Origin: an uncultured Eubacteriales bacterium | Lineage (GTDB): Bacteria; Bacillota; Clostridia; Oscillospirales; CAG-272 | Reading direction: 5' to 3' | Length of the DNA stretch: 64,000 nucleotides | NCBI GenBank assembly: GCA_900542425.1 | Contig: UQNQ01000002.1 | Coordinates: 111,483-175,482, forward strand | Shown here: piece by piece, positions 9,067-18,947 of the stretch | Position numbering within the stretch: the first letter of the stretch is position 1 | Layout of the letters: each line of letters starts with the position of its first letter | Notes under the pieces: generated by a model | The model's database searches: none | Seen by the model: only the letters and a program-made list of their open reading frames with translations | What the model was told of the DNA's origin: nothing | Program-made: the position numbers and the translations under genes

Positions 9067-10209
9067 CTAATCCTCCTTAAATTCAAGAATTTCACTCAGA
9101 ATATAATTGGAAATGAGCATACCACGTTTGGATAACCGATATCCCGATTTTGTTTTCAGAATATATTGCTTTAGGAGAAACGGCTTCATTTTCTCTTTAT
9201 ACCGCTCTTCAAAATCATCATCAAAACGCTCCTCATATTCGGCGACATCAATTCCCCTTTTCAAGCGGAAGCCCAGCATCACATACTGCGCGGCAAGTTC
9301 TTTTTCTGTCGGAATATAATTTTCATCAAAAAGCGCAACGCTGTCCTCCGGCATGGCAATGAACCGGTCGATATCCTTCACATACGAAAACATCCTGCCG
9401 CCAAAAAAGGAATAGGCAGCCGGACCAAAGCCGATATATTCTTCACAGGTCCAATATTTCAGATTGTGCCGGCATTCCATGCCAAGCTTCGCGAAATTGC
9501 TGATTTCATACTGCATATATCCCGCCGCCTCCAGTTTTTTTGCGGAAGCAAGATACATTTCATATTGTTTATCCTCAGAGGGAATGGCCGCCGCAATCTG
9601 CGGATCCCCGTCAAGAGGCGTCCCCGGTTCAATTTTCAAACCGTAAAAGGAGATATGCTCCGGCTCCAGTGCAAGAACATAATCGATGGTAGAGGCAAGC
9701 GTTTCTTCCGACTGTCCCGGAAGCGCGTACATGACATCCACATTGATATTCTCAAAACCTTCCAAACGCGCAAGAAGGAATGAGCTTTCAAATTCCTCCC
9801 TTGTATGGATACGGGACAGCTGCCTTAACTCTCTGTTGTCCGCACTTTGAAGTCCGATGCTGAGCCTGTTGATCCCGGCTTCTCGATAAGCGGAAAGCTT
9901 GCTCGTATCCAACGTGCCCGGATTGGTTTCAATGGTAATTTCCGCTTCGTCCGATACATGAAAAGAAAACCGGACTGCGGCAAGGATACGCTGAATATCC
10001 TCTCCGAAAAGCACAGACGGAGTCCCGCCGCCGATATAAATACTGTCAACAAGAGAATTTGCCGCCACCCCGCGGAAGCTTTTGATCTGGCAAACCAGCG
10101 CGTCGACATAAGCCCCACGCCGGCCGGTATCCTCTAAGGAATAAAAATCACAATAAGCACATTTGCGGATACAAAACGGTATGTGAATATAGATTCCGAG
10201 CCTTTCCAT
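9067..10209 (-). CDS. hemW: radical SAM heme chaperone HemW / HemN-like coproporphyrinogen III oxidase family
   Basis: Contains the CxxxCxxC radical-SAM motif (CIRKCAYCDF) and a HemN_C-like C-terminus. It shows the usual synteny downstream of lepA. Confidence 0.85.
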   Translation of the reverse strand: MERLGIYIHIPFCIRKCAYCDFYSLEDTGRRGAYVDALVCQIKSFRGVAANSLVDSIYIGGGTPSVLFGEDIQRILAAVRFSFHVSDEAEITIETNPGTLDTSKLSAYREAGINRLSIGLQSADNRELRQLSRIHTREEFESSFLLARLEGFENINVDVMYALPGQSEETLASTIDYVLALEPEHISFYGLKIEPGTPLDGDPQIAAAIPSEDKQYEMYLASAKKLEAAGYMQYEISNFAKLGMECRHNLKYWTCEEYIGFGPAAYSFFGGRMFSYVKDIDRFIAMPEDSVALFDENYIPTEKELAAQYVMLGFRLKRGIDVAEYEERFDDDFEERYKEKMKPFLLKQYILKTKSGYRLSKRGMLISNYILSEILEFKED

Positions 10210-10271
10210 GCTCCCCTCCTTCTGCCATTGCCGGCAGAATGTTTTGAAGATTTGCCGGAAAACACCGGCAA

Positions 10272-12080
10272 TTATTCATCATCCAGCTTCAGCACCGCCA
10301 TAAAGGTTTCGGGCGGAACCTCGACCGAACCGAGCTTGCGCATTTTCTTTTTGCCTTCCTTTTGCTTTTCGAGCAACTTTTTCTTTCTGGTAATATCACC
10401 GCCGTAGCACTTGGCAAGCACGTCTTTGCGCATAGCCTTGACGGTTTCCCTCGCAATGACACGCCCTCCGATCGCCGCCTGAATCGGCACTTCAAAAAGT
10501 TGGCGCGGAATGTTGTCTTTCAGAGCCTCTGCAATTTTTCTGCCCCGCGCATACGCTTTGTCAGCGTGTACAATAAACGACAATGCGTCCACAAGCTCCA
10601 TATTGAGTAGGATATCGAGCTTGACAAGCTTACTTTCCCGATATCCATCCAATTCATAATCAAGCGACGCATATCCCTTGCTCCGACTTTTGAGCGCATC
10701 GAAAAAGTCATATACAATTTCATTGAGCGGCAGGATATAATGCAGTTCCACTCTGGTTTTATCCAGATATTTCATATCGACGAAAATTCCTCGCCGTTCC
10801 TTGCACAGCTCCATAATCCCGCCCATATATTCCGTTGGTGTGATAATGCTCCCTTTTACAACCGGTTCTTCGGCAACGGCAATTTCATCTGCGGAAGGAT
10901 AATTTGCAGGATTGTCAATATATTTTATATCACCGTTTTTGTAGGTCACTTTATAAATCACGCTTGGTGCCGTCGTGACAAGATCAAGGTTAAACTCCCG
11001 CTCCAGCCGTTCTGCAATGATTTCCATATGCAAAAGCCCGAGGAAGCCACATCGGAATCCGAATCCGAGCGCAATGCTCGTTTCCGGTTCAAATGTCAGC
11101 GAGGCGTCATTGAGACGCAATTTTTCCAGAGCATCACGCAAATCCGGATATTTTGCGCCGTCCGCAGGATAAATCCCTGCAAACACCATGGGGAGCGCCT
11201 GTTTGAATCCCGGGAAGGGCTTGTCCGTCGGATGCTCAGCATCGGTTACGGTATCTCCGACACGTGTATCCGCAACGCTTTTGATACTGGCTGTGATATA
11301 TCCGACCTCTCCGGCAGAAAGCACCTCTGCCGGAACAAGTCCGAAAGCCGACATATATCCGACCTCGACGACATCAAACTGAGCACCTGTGTTCATCATT
11401 TTGATTTTGGAACCGGCACGCACACTTCCATCCTTAATCCGCACATAGACCACGACGCCGCGATAAGAATCATAATAGGAATCGAAAATCAAAGCTTTCA
11501 GGGGAGCGGTTTCATCTCCCTTGGGCGCAGGAATATCCGTTACAATCCGTTCCAGTACATCACCGATATTCAGTCCCGTTTTGGCAGAAACCGCCGGGCA
11601 ATCCTCAGCGGGGATCCCGATGACCTCTTCAATCTCATGGCGCACACCTTCGATATCTGCGCTCGGCAGGTCAATTTTATTAATAACAGGAATCATTTCA
11701 AGATCGTTTTCCAGCGCAAGATAGGTATTGGCAAGTGTCTGCGCTTCAATGCCCTGAGTGGCATCCACCACAAGCAGCGCGCCCTCGCAGGCACCAAGCG
11801 AACGGGAAACCTCATAGTTGAAGTCCACATGTCCGGGCGTATCAATGAGATTAAACTCATATACTTCTCCGTCCTTCGCTTCATAACTTAACTTGACAGC
11901 GCGCGCCTTGATCGTAATTCCACGTTCCCGCTCGATATCCATATTGTCGAGGAGCTGCTCCTCCATCTCCCGTGAGGAAACGCTTTTGGTTGCCTCAAGA
12001 ATTCGGTCGGCAAGCGTACTCTTGCCGTGATCGATATGGGCAATGATTGAAAAATTTCGAATTTTCTCCTGTCTTGTCAT
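10272..12080 (-). CDS. lepA: translation elongation factor 4
   Basis: 602 aa with a GTPase G1 motif AHIDHGKST and a LepA-specific C-terminal region. Confidence 0.97.
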   Translation of the reverse strand: MTRQEKIRNFSIIAHIDHGKSTLADRILEATKSVSSREMEEQLLDNMDIERERGITIKARAVKLSYEAKDGEVYEFNLIDTPGHVDFNYEVSRSLGACEGALLVVDATQGIEAQTLANTYLALENDLEMIPVINKIDLPSADIEGVRHEIEEVIGIPAEDCPAVSAKTGLNIGDVLERIVTDIPAPKGDETAPLKALIFDSYYDSYRGVVVYVRIKDGSVRAGSKIKMMNTGAQFDVVEVGYMSAFGLVPAEVLSAGEVGYITASIKSVADTRVGDTVTDAEHPTDKPFPGFKQALPMVFAGIYPADGAKYPDLRDALEKLRLNDASLTFEPETSIALGFGFRCGFLGLLHMEIIAERLEREFNLDLVTTAPSVIYKVTYKNGDIKYIDNPANYPSADEIAVAEEPVVKGSIITPTEYMGGIMELCKERRGIFVDMKYLDKTRVELHYILPLNEIVYDFFDALKSRSKGYASLDYELDGYRESKLVKLDILLNMELVDALSFIVHADKAYARGRKIAEALKDNIPRQLFEVPIQAAIGGRVIARETVKAMRKDVLAKCYGGDITRKKKLLEKQKEGKKKMRKLGSVEVPPETFMAVLKLDDE

Positions 12081-12154
12081 ATTCCCTCCGGAAATACCAG
12101 ATCATATCGGCGAAACCAGACTTTCGCTTTCATTTCTGCAATCAATATCAATTT

Positions 12155-12183
12155 ATTATAACATAAATGCCTCGACTTTTCAA
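12155..12183 (-). promoter_or_regulatory. sigma-A type promoter for lepA
   Basis: The minus strand reads TTGAAA-N17-TATAAT, with TG at -15/-14 (TGTTATAAT). It lies about 70 nt upstream of the lepA ATG. Confidence 0.65.
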
Positions 12184-12378
12184 GGCTATTTTTAGCCTGG
12201 CTCTTTCTTCGCTTTTCATAAGAAAAAGCGCGGCAATGCGCGGGGAAACAAGAAAGCCTCATGGCGTATATTGTATACACCTGCGGCGAACAGCGGTCCT
12301 GCCGTCTTTCGCATCTCCCCGAAAGCCACGCTTTGGATAAGCGGATATTTTCAAGCAATAAACAAGCTTTTTCGTTTT

Positions 12379-14067
12379 TTATATTTGATGATTCTGAATC
12401 CACGCAGCAAGCCGTTCTCCGATTTGTTTCATGGTGCCTGTTTCGTACGGGAGTTTTAGGCCGGCATCCTTGACTAAGTCGCGGAAGGTCTGCGTGCCTG
12501 CTTTATCGACAAAAGCAAGATAATTTTTCCATGTCATGTCTCTGTTGTCCAAAGAAGCAAACCAAAATTGGAATGCCACGGTCTGCGCCATGCAATAATC
12601 GATATAATACAAAGGATACATATAAATATGAAGCTGGCGCTGCCAGCCGGCACCGCGGGAATAAAACGGCAATCCGTCGAAATCGAGGTATGGCCGATAT
12701 TTCTTTTCAAGCGACAGCCAAAACCGATTTCTCTCTTCTGAAGACATCTCCGGATTTTCATACATTTTATGCTGGAATTCATCCACCATGCAGCCATAAG
12801 GAATAAAAATCACGGCATCCTCACAATGGGATAACTCGTATTTTTTCACATCCTTGCCGAAAAACAGCTCATGATAAGGCGCTGTTAAGAACTCCATGCT
12901 CATGGAATGGCATTCGCATGCCTCAATGGTCGGACTGTGGAAATCAGATAATGTTACCCGCCTTGCCGCCCGATAAAAGGCAAATGCATGCCCCGCCTCA
13001 TGAGTAAGCACATCCACGTCACCTGAAGTACCGTTGAAGTTGGAAAAAATGAACGGAGCATCATAATCCGGAAATTCCGTGCAGTAGCCGCCCGGTGCCT
13101 TACCTTCTTTCGCCAACACATCAAAAAGCTCGTTGTCATACATAAAATCAATAAATTCTGCCGTTTCCGGTGACAATGCATGATACATCTTCCGTCCGGC
13201 AGCGAGAATCTCGTCCGATGTACCGTGAGGCTTGGCATTTCCATCCGGGAACATAAACACATCATCATAAAATTTCAGGCGGTCGACTCCGATCCGCTTT
13301 TCTTGATTCCGTTTGATCTGCGCGACAACAGGAACAAAGTCTTCCGCAATCTGATCCCGAAAAGCAGCGATGTCCCGGCTGTCATAACAATTTCGTCCAA
13401 GCCGGTCATATCCGAGTCCGATATAATTTTCATAGCCGAGCGCCTTTGCCTGCGCAGTACGATTTTTCACAAGCCTGTCATAAAGAGAGTCAAGCGCTTC
13501 CTTATGGGAGTCAAAGCATCGTCCCTCCGCCGTATAAGCAGCTTTTCGGACGGAACGGTCCGTACTCTGCTTGTATGGAGAAAGCTTGGTAATCGGAAGC
13601 GTTTTTCCGTCAAACTCTACTGTCATGGAAGCATAAAGCGCCTGATATTCGGAAACCAGTGCATTTTCTTCCTGCATCAGTTCAATAATTTCCGGCTTGA
13701 ACGTTCTCGCCGCAATCTCAAGATTTTGGAAAAACAGCTTCCCAAAATGGGCTTCCAGTTCCGCGCGAAAGGGAGATTCCAGCATTTTTTCCAAAACATT
13801 CTGAATTTTCTCCTGCACAATCGGTGCTTTTTCATCCATAAAGCCATTTTCCGCTGTGTAAAACTCGTCTCGCGTATCAATGGTATGACGCACAGAAGCA
13901 AGAGACGCCGCCGTCATAAAGTGTTTTTTGAGCGCATCCGCCTCTTCATACGCCGAAATCTGTTCCGAGGCGTTTTCTGCGCCGGACAGCTTATTCGCAA
14001 TCCGGTCGAATTGTGCAAGAATTTGTTCCATATCGGGTCGGCGATACGGCATTTCCGTAAATTTCAT
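12379..14067 (-). CDS. M3 family oligoendopeptidase (PepF-like)
   Basis: Contains the HEAGHAF zinc motif. Start set at MKFTEMPYRRPD, preceded by GGAGGG. The ORF-track start at 14112 adds 15 aa and has no RBS. Confidence 0.85.
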   Translation of the reverse strand: MKFTEMPYRRPDMEQILAQFDRIANKLSGAENASEQISAYEEADALKKHFMTAASLASVRHTIDTRDEFYTAENGFMDEKAPIVQEKIQNVLEKMLESPFRAELEAHFGKLFFQNLEIAARTFKPEIIELMQEENALVSEYQALYASMTVEFDGKTLPITKLSPYKQSTDRSVRKAAYTAEGRCFDSHKEALDSLYDRLVKNRTAQAKALGYENYIGLGYDRLGRNCYDSRDIAAFRDQIAEDFVPVVAQIKRNQEKRIGVDRLKFYDDVFMFPDGNAKPHGTSDEILAAGRKMYHALSPETAEFIDFMYDNELFDVLAKEGKAPGGYCTEFPDYDAPFIFSNFNGTSGDVDVLTHEAGHAFAFYRAARRVTLSDFHSPTIEACECHSMSMEFLTAPYHELFFGKDVKKYELSHCEDAVIFIPYGCMVDEFQHKMYENPEMSSEERNRFWLSLEKKYRPYLDFDGLPFYSRGAGWQRQLHIYMYPLYYIDYCMAQTVAFQFWFASLDNRDMTWKNYLAFVDKAGTQTFRDLVKDAGLKLPYETGTMKQIGERLAAWIQNHQI

Positions 14068-14508
14068 TGTTCCCTCCTGAAAAACCAGCCAAACGGCGGT
14101 ATTTTTTATCATTCAATATCTGAAAATACTTTTTTGAATTTGAAAAACAGCCTCGCAGCAAATCAATGTCCGGCTTCTGTCGGAACAGACGCCGCCTACA
14201 TTAGGTCACTTGACTCACAAAGCGTCATTTTCTTTTGAAACGGTACTCAAAAGAAAACAATCGCAGCACTGATTTCCGGCGCAAGCAGTTCGCAGTCATA
14301 TAGATATCGCTACTATGTCCATTCTGATCATTTTTATCCTGTTGGACGGCACGGTTTTTCCATAGGCTGCCGCAACAAACAAAATCGACTTGAAACAGAA
14401 TTTTTATATCTGTTTTTCTCTTGTTAAAATATATTATACAATATATGGAAACAAAAGTCAATGAAGCAAAAAAATATGGCAAAAACCACGGCTTGAGACG
14501 ATAGAGTC

Positions 14509-14537
14509 TTGATTTTTAGGAAAAAACAGGTTATAAT
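14509..14537 (+). promoter_or_regulatory. sigma-A type promoter for the lipid kinase gene
   Basis: TTGATT-N17-TATAAT, read directly from the sequence, about 75 nt upstream of the GTG start at 14611. Confidence 0.65.
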
Positions 14538-14610
14538 AAATAGTATCTTTTCGGCAATGTTCCTAAAACAGATTTGTCCAGTAACCATATGAGAGGAGGC
14601 GCTGCTTTCT

Positions 14611-15498
14611 GTGGAAAAAGATGCGTTGCTGATTATCAATCCGAACTCAGGGGAAGGAGAAGCAAAAAGATGGGTCTACGATATGACCGCCGGGCTTCTT
14701 TCCCGCTTCGACTTTGTAACCGTCTATTTTTCAAAATGCACCGGTGACATTATCCGGGTCGTCCGCGAAAAATCCGGAGATTTCGGTGCGGTTGTCTGCT
14801 GCGGCGGCGACGGTACACTCAATGAAACCATTACGGGGATTTGTCTTGCCGGAACCTCTCCCATGCTCGGGTATATTCCTACGGGAACCGTCAATGATTT
14901 CGCAACAAGCCATAAAATCCCCAAGGGCATCAAAGGTGCCATTGAAAAAATTGTATCGGGAACTCCGGTCGAATACGATATCGGAATGCTCGGCGAGCGC
15001 CCATTCTCTTATGTTGCAGCGTTCGGCGCTTTTACCGATGTCGCATACTTAACGCCTCAGATCACAAAAGCCTCGTTCGGACGTACCGCATATATCGCAG
15101 AAGCGGCGAAAAGACTGTTTTCGTTGAATCCGATTGAGGTTTCTTTTTCCTGTGATGGAAAAGAAGTTACCGACAAGTTTATTTACGGAATGGTTGCCAA
15201 CTCCAAAACGGTCGGCGGACTCCGTTTTTTCGAGAATAACTCCGCAGATGATCTGCGGGACGGGCAGCTTGAAGTCATGATGATACGTTTTCCTGATACC
15301 GCGGGACAGCTTCAGCAGGCTCTTGCCGGACTTCTCACACCGAAAACGACAAATGATTTTGTTTATAAATTCTCGGCATCCGAAATCAATTTTCGTTTTG
15401 CTGACAACGCCCCGTGGACGCTGGACGGCGAGTTCGGCGGAACATATCCCGAGGTTACAGTCAAATGTCTTCCGAAACGGATCCGCATTATCGAATAA
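14611..15498 (+). CDS. diacylglycerol/lipid kinase family protein (YegS/DagK type)
   Basis: Contains the GGDGTLNE motif and the DAGK catalytic-domain layout. The start is GTG, with GAGGAGG upstream. Confidence 0.85.
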   Translation: MEKDALLIINPNSGEGEAKRWVYDMTAGLLSRFDFVTVYFSKCTGDIIRVVREKSGDFGAVVCCGGDGTLNETITGICLAGTSPMLGYIPTGTVNDFATSHKIPKGIKGAIEKIVSGTPVEYDIGMLGERPFSYVAAFGAFTDVAYLTPQITKASFGRTAYIAEAAKRLFSLNPIEVSFSCDGKEVTDKFIYGMVANSKTVGGLRFFENNSADDLRDGQLEVMMIRFPDTAGQLQQALAGLLTPKTTNDFVYKFSASEINFRFADNAPWTLDGEFGGTYPEVTVKCLPKRIRIIE

Positions 15499-15606
15499 AT
15501 ATGAACGCGCATTTTCAAACGGTTCAAAATTTGTTTACATATATGATATATACTATTGATAAATGTCCGGACAAGCCGGACGATATCGGAAGGGGTACCG
15601 GATATT

Positions 15607-16581
15607 ATGATTAAAGTTGAACACCTGACAAAAAAATACGGCGAAAGATATGCCGTAAACGACATCAGCTTTGAAGTTCAAAAAGGGGAAATCGTCGGCT
15701 TTCTCGGTCCAAACGGAGCGGGGAAATCCACAACAATGAATATCCTAACAGGATATCTTTCCTCTACATCGGGAAAAGCCATGATTGACGGACTTGACAT
15801 TCTCGAGCATCCGCTCGCAGTCAAGAAAAAAATTGGCTTTCTGCCTGAAATGCCGCCATTATATTTAGAAATGACGGTAAAAGAATACCTAAATTTTGTT
15901 TACGACCTCAAAAAATGTTCCTTGAACCGCAAAGAGCATCTCATGGAAATCTGCCGGGTCGTCAAAATTGAAGATGCTTTCAACAGAATGATCAAAAATC
16001 TTTCCAAAGGCTACCGTCAGCGAGTCGGCATCGCCGGTGCGATCGTAGGAAATCCCGAGGTTATCATTTTTGATGAACCGACAAACGGACTGGATCCCAA
16101 ACAAATCATTGATATTCGGAACCTGATAAAAGAGCTTGGACGGGAACGGACCATCATTCTCAGTACCCATATTCTTTCCGAGGTCAAGACGATCTGTGAC
16201 AGAATCCTTATCATCAACGAGGGAAAAATGGTTGCCGACGAAAAAACGGAAAATATTGAGAGTGCCCTGCGTGGGAACCGCAGAATCATTATACGGGTGG
16301 ACGGACCGGCAGCAAATGTACTTTCTGCCATCAAAAAGCTCAACGGTGTTGTTTATGCGGAAATTTCTCAGAAATTTGATGACGGTTCCGCCGTTTTCAT
16401 CGTCGAAAGCAGCAATAACGTTGATATACGCAGGCCGATTTTTTATATGCTTGCCCAAAATTCATGGCCGATTTTATCTCTTGAATTTGCCGGTGCAAAT
16501 CTTGAGGATATCTTTATTTCTGTTGTGGACGAGGCAGAAGCGGAAGAATCCGCCGCCAAATCCGACAAAAAACGGGCATAA
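15607..16581 (+). CDS. ABC transporter ATP-binding protein
   Basis: Walker A GPNGAGKST, signature LSKGYRQR and Walker B IIFDEP. Start taken at MIKVEHL. The ORF-track start at 15556 is an upstream extension. Confidence 0.9.
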   Translation: MIKVEHLTKKYGERYAVNDISFEVQKGEIVGFLGPNGAGKSTTMNILTGYLSSTSGKAMIDGLDILEHPLAVKKKIGFLPEMPPLYLEMTVKEYLNFVYDLKKCSLNRKEHLMEICRVVKIEDAFNRMIKNLSKGYRQRVGIAGAIVGNPEVIIFDEPTNGLDPKQIIDIRNLIKELGRERTIILSTHILSEVKTICDRILIINEGKMVADEKTENIESALRGNRRIIIRVDGPAANVLSAIKKLNGVVYAEISQKFDDGSAVFIVESSNNVDIRRPIFYMLAQNSWPILSLEFAGANLEDIFISVVDEAEAEESAAKSDKKRA

Positions 16582-16596
16582 GGGAGGGACCGCAAT

Positions 16597-17313
16597 ATGC
16601 ATGCAATTTATAAACGCGAAATGCGCGCCTATTTTACTTCTCCAGTAGGATATATGTTCTGTGCAATCTTTTTTGCCGTCAGTGCATTTCTTTTTATGAC
16701 ATATACCGTCCAGGCAGGAGAAAACAGCAGTTTCCCATCGTACTTTTCCATTCTTCTGTTCTTATTCATTGTTATCATTCCGCTTATCACCATGAAACTT
16801 GTCAGTGAAGAAAGAAAAATGAAAACGGATCAGCTCATTATGACTGCACCTGTGACACTCGCAGGCATTGTTTTCGGCAAATATTTTGCCGCGCTCACGA
16901 TGTTCGGGGGTTCTTTCCTGCTTTCTTCTATTGTATATTATATTCCTCTTTCTCTTTACGGCGATCCCAATACCGCGATGTATATCGGATGCGTGATCGG
17001 CGTTTTGCTGGTTGGAAGCGCATTCATCTCCATCGGCATTTTTATTTCGTCTCTGACAGAAAACCAGTTTATCTCCGCACTCGGAACCATCGGCGCAATC
17101 GTTCTCCTCTTGATGATCAGTTCTCTTAACAACTATATCAATACCGAGTGGGTGCGCAACATTCTGTCCGGACTTTCCATTACAAGTAGATATTCTTATT
17201 TTGCCAACGGAATTTTCAGCTATGATTCTCTTTTTTACTTCCTGTCTCTTTCCGCTGTATTTCTTTTCCTGACAGTAAGAATATTTGAAAAACGCCGTTG
17301 GTCAAAATCGTAA
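16597..17313 (+). CDS. ABC-2 type transporter permease (GldF-like)
   Basis: 238 aa with about 6 hydrophobic helices. An RBS AAGGGAGGG precedes the start. It lies directly downstream of the ATPase gene. Confidence 0.8.
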   Translation: MHAIYKREMRAYFTSPVGYMFCAIFFAVSAFLFMTYTVQAGENSSFPSYFSILLFLFIVIIPLITMKLVSEERKMKTDQLIMTAPVTLAGIVFGKYFAALTMFGGSFLLSSIVYYIPLSLYGDPNTAMYIGCVIGVLLVGSAFISIGIFISSLTENQFISALGTIGAIVLLLMISSLNNYINTEWVRNILSGLSITSRYSYFANGIFSYDSLFYFLSLSAVFLFLTVRIFEKRRWSKS

Positions 17314-17330
17314 AAAGGAGGACGGAAATC

Positions 17331-18947
17331 ATGGCAAATCATAAAAACAAATCCATACAAGGAGGGACGGCGGATAAAACCAGCAGTCCGTCCAATAAAA
17401 GAAATCTGAAATACGGCACACTTTCCATTGTTGTTACGGTTATTTTCATTGTGCTCGTTCTTATTTTGAATATTATCGCCACATCTCTGTCTTCCGTTTA
17501 CGGTTGGTATACGGATATGACCGCATCAGGCATTTATTCTCTCTCCGACGCTTTCTATGAAAAGCTGGATGATCTTTTGACAACAGAAGACGGAGAAGAA
17601 CCGGTTTATCTGAATATCGTACTCATGTCCGAAGAGGACTATTTCAGCGGAATGAATGCGCTGACCAGTATGGTTTACCGTTCTATCAAGGAACTGACGG
17701 CGAAATACGATAACATCAAACTAATTGCCTACAATACGACCGTTCATCCGGAGCTTGCGGAAAAATATAAAATGACGGCACTAGATACTCCTTCCCTTTC
17801 TGACGTGATCCTTGAGCTTGCCGATGAAAACCACAATGCCCTTGAAAATGTTCCCGCAAAAAAATATAGCATTGATTCCTTTTTCTCCTCGGATTCCTCA
17901 AGCGGCGAATATATTGGCTACAATGCGGAAGCAAGAATTCTTTCCGCGGTAGCACAGCTGACGGGTCAATCCGAAAAGCCCGTTGCCTATTATCTGCAAG
18001 GTCATGGAGAACCTACGCTTGCCGAAGCTTCTGATTGGCAGGAAGTCTTAGAACTTGCCGGCTTTGAAGTCAAAGAAATCAATCTTGCCACAGAAGATTT
18101 CACCGTTCCGGAAAACGGCAACTGCGGCGACAATATCGTCATCATCAATTCTCCGAAATATGACCTTTTGTCAACAACAGAACTTTCCGAAGTGAAAAAA
18201 ATCCGAACCTTTCTTGGAACCAATTACGGAAACATGATTGTAGTAGAGGACGCATCTTCACCGAAACTGCCTGCACTGGAAGGACTTCTCTCCGAATGGG
18301 GGCTTGGATACGGCGGTTCTGTTACAGATGACCAGCATTCCGTATCTTCGTCCGGAGCTGCAAAAGTATTCGCTGACTATGCTCAAACGTATCAGCCTAC
18401 GGAAAGCTCTCCGTCCATGGCAACACAGATCCTGACCAGAACTTTTGGCGGAGAAGATCCCGGAAAAACAACGACCATCTTCGGCACGCCGAAAGAGGTG
18501 TTGATTCTTGATAATACGGAAATCGTTCAGGGAATGAACGGTTCCGCATCGTCATTTGCCCTGTTAAAAACATACGATACGGCAAAAACAAGGACTTCAG
18601 ACGGAGAAATCGTCACCGGCTCCACCGCCCTGCTTGGTGTTTCAAGAATGGTGTGGGAGCTTAACAACAATGATGTCAGCTTTGTTGTTGCAATCGGATC
18701 CTCGGATTTTCTGTCTGAGGAATATGAAGCATCCTGCGCCAACAGAAGCATCCTGTACGCGCTGCTCAACCTGATGTGGGACAGCGTAACAACCTTTGAA
18801 GGCATAGATTATAAAGCTTTTGACAATTCTGCACTGACAGTGTCGACATCCGCGGCAAGCACATGGACGATCGTATGCGTTGTGGTTCTTCCGGTGCTCG
18901 TAGCAGGACTTGGAGTCTATGTTTATATAAGGAGACGCCATTCATGA
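17331..18947 (+). CDS. GldG-like ABC-transport auxiliary component (ABC_transp_aux family)
   Basis: N-terminal and C-terminal TM anchors flank a large extracytoplasmic domain. An AAGGAGG RBS precedes MANHKNK. The family assignment is from memory of GldG-type proteins. Confidence 0.65.
   Translation: MANHKNKSIQGGTADKTSSPSNKRNLKYGTLSIVVTVIFIVLVLILNIIATSLSSVYGWYTDMTASGIYSLSDAFYEKLDDLLTTEDGEEPVYLNIVLMSEEDYFSGMNALTSMVYRSIKELTAKYDNIKLIAYNTTVHPELAEKYKMTALDTPSLSDVILELADENHNALENVPAKKYSIDSFFSSDSSSGEYIGYNAEARILSAVAQLTGQSEKPVAYYLQGHGEPTLAEASDWQEVLELAGFEVKEINLATEDFTVPENGNCGDNIVIINSPKYDLLSTTELSEVKKIRTFLGTNYGNMIVVEDASSPKLPALEGLLSEWGLGYGGSVTDDQHSVSSSGAAKVFADYAQTYQPTESSPSMATQILTRTFGGEDPGKTTTIFGTPKEVLILDNTEIVQGMNGSASSFALLKTYDTAKTRTSDGEIVTGSTALLGVSRMVWELNNNDVSFVVAIGSSDFLSEEYEASCANRSILYALLNLMWDSVTTFEGIDYKAFDNSALTVSTSAASTWTIVCVVVLPVLVAGLGVYVYIRRRHS

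Noticed and set aside
10740-11891. Long antisense ORFs opposite clearly identified genes. They are 2773-3558(-), 10740-11891(+), 13180-14238(+), 30463-31296(+), 43970-44863(+), 46083-46913(+), 46926-47648(+), 49766-50596(+), 52477-53430(+) and 56585-57454(-).
   Set aside because: Each lies entirely within a gene whose product is confidently recognised on the other strand. Their translations are low complexity (rich in R, F, I, C, H) with no recognisable motifs and no RBS. These are typical shadow ORFs produced by codon bias.
15556-15606. Upstream extensions of ORF-track starts at 12379-14112, 15556, 17298, 18863, 23782, 34130, 54674, 56480 and 28200.
   Set aside because: In each case an internal ATG or GTG with a good Shine-Dalgarno gives a protein that starts at the position typical for its family. 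Those positions are the Walker-A-proximal start, a signal peptide, or an ATGA coupling. The longer forms lack an RBS.
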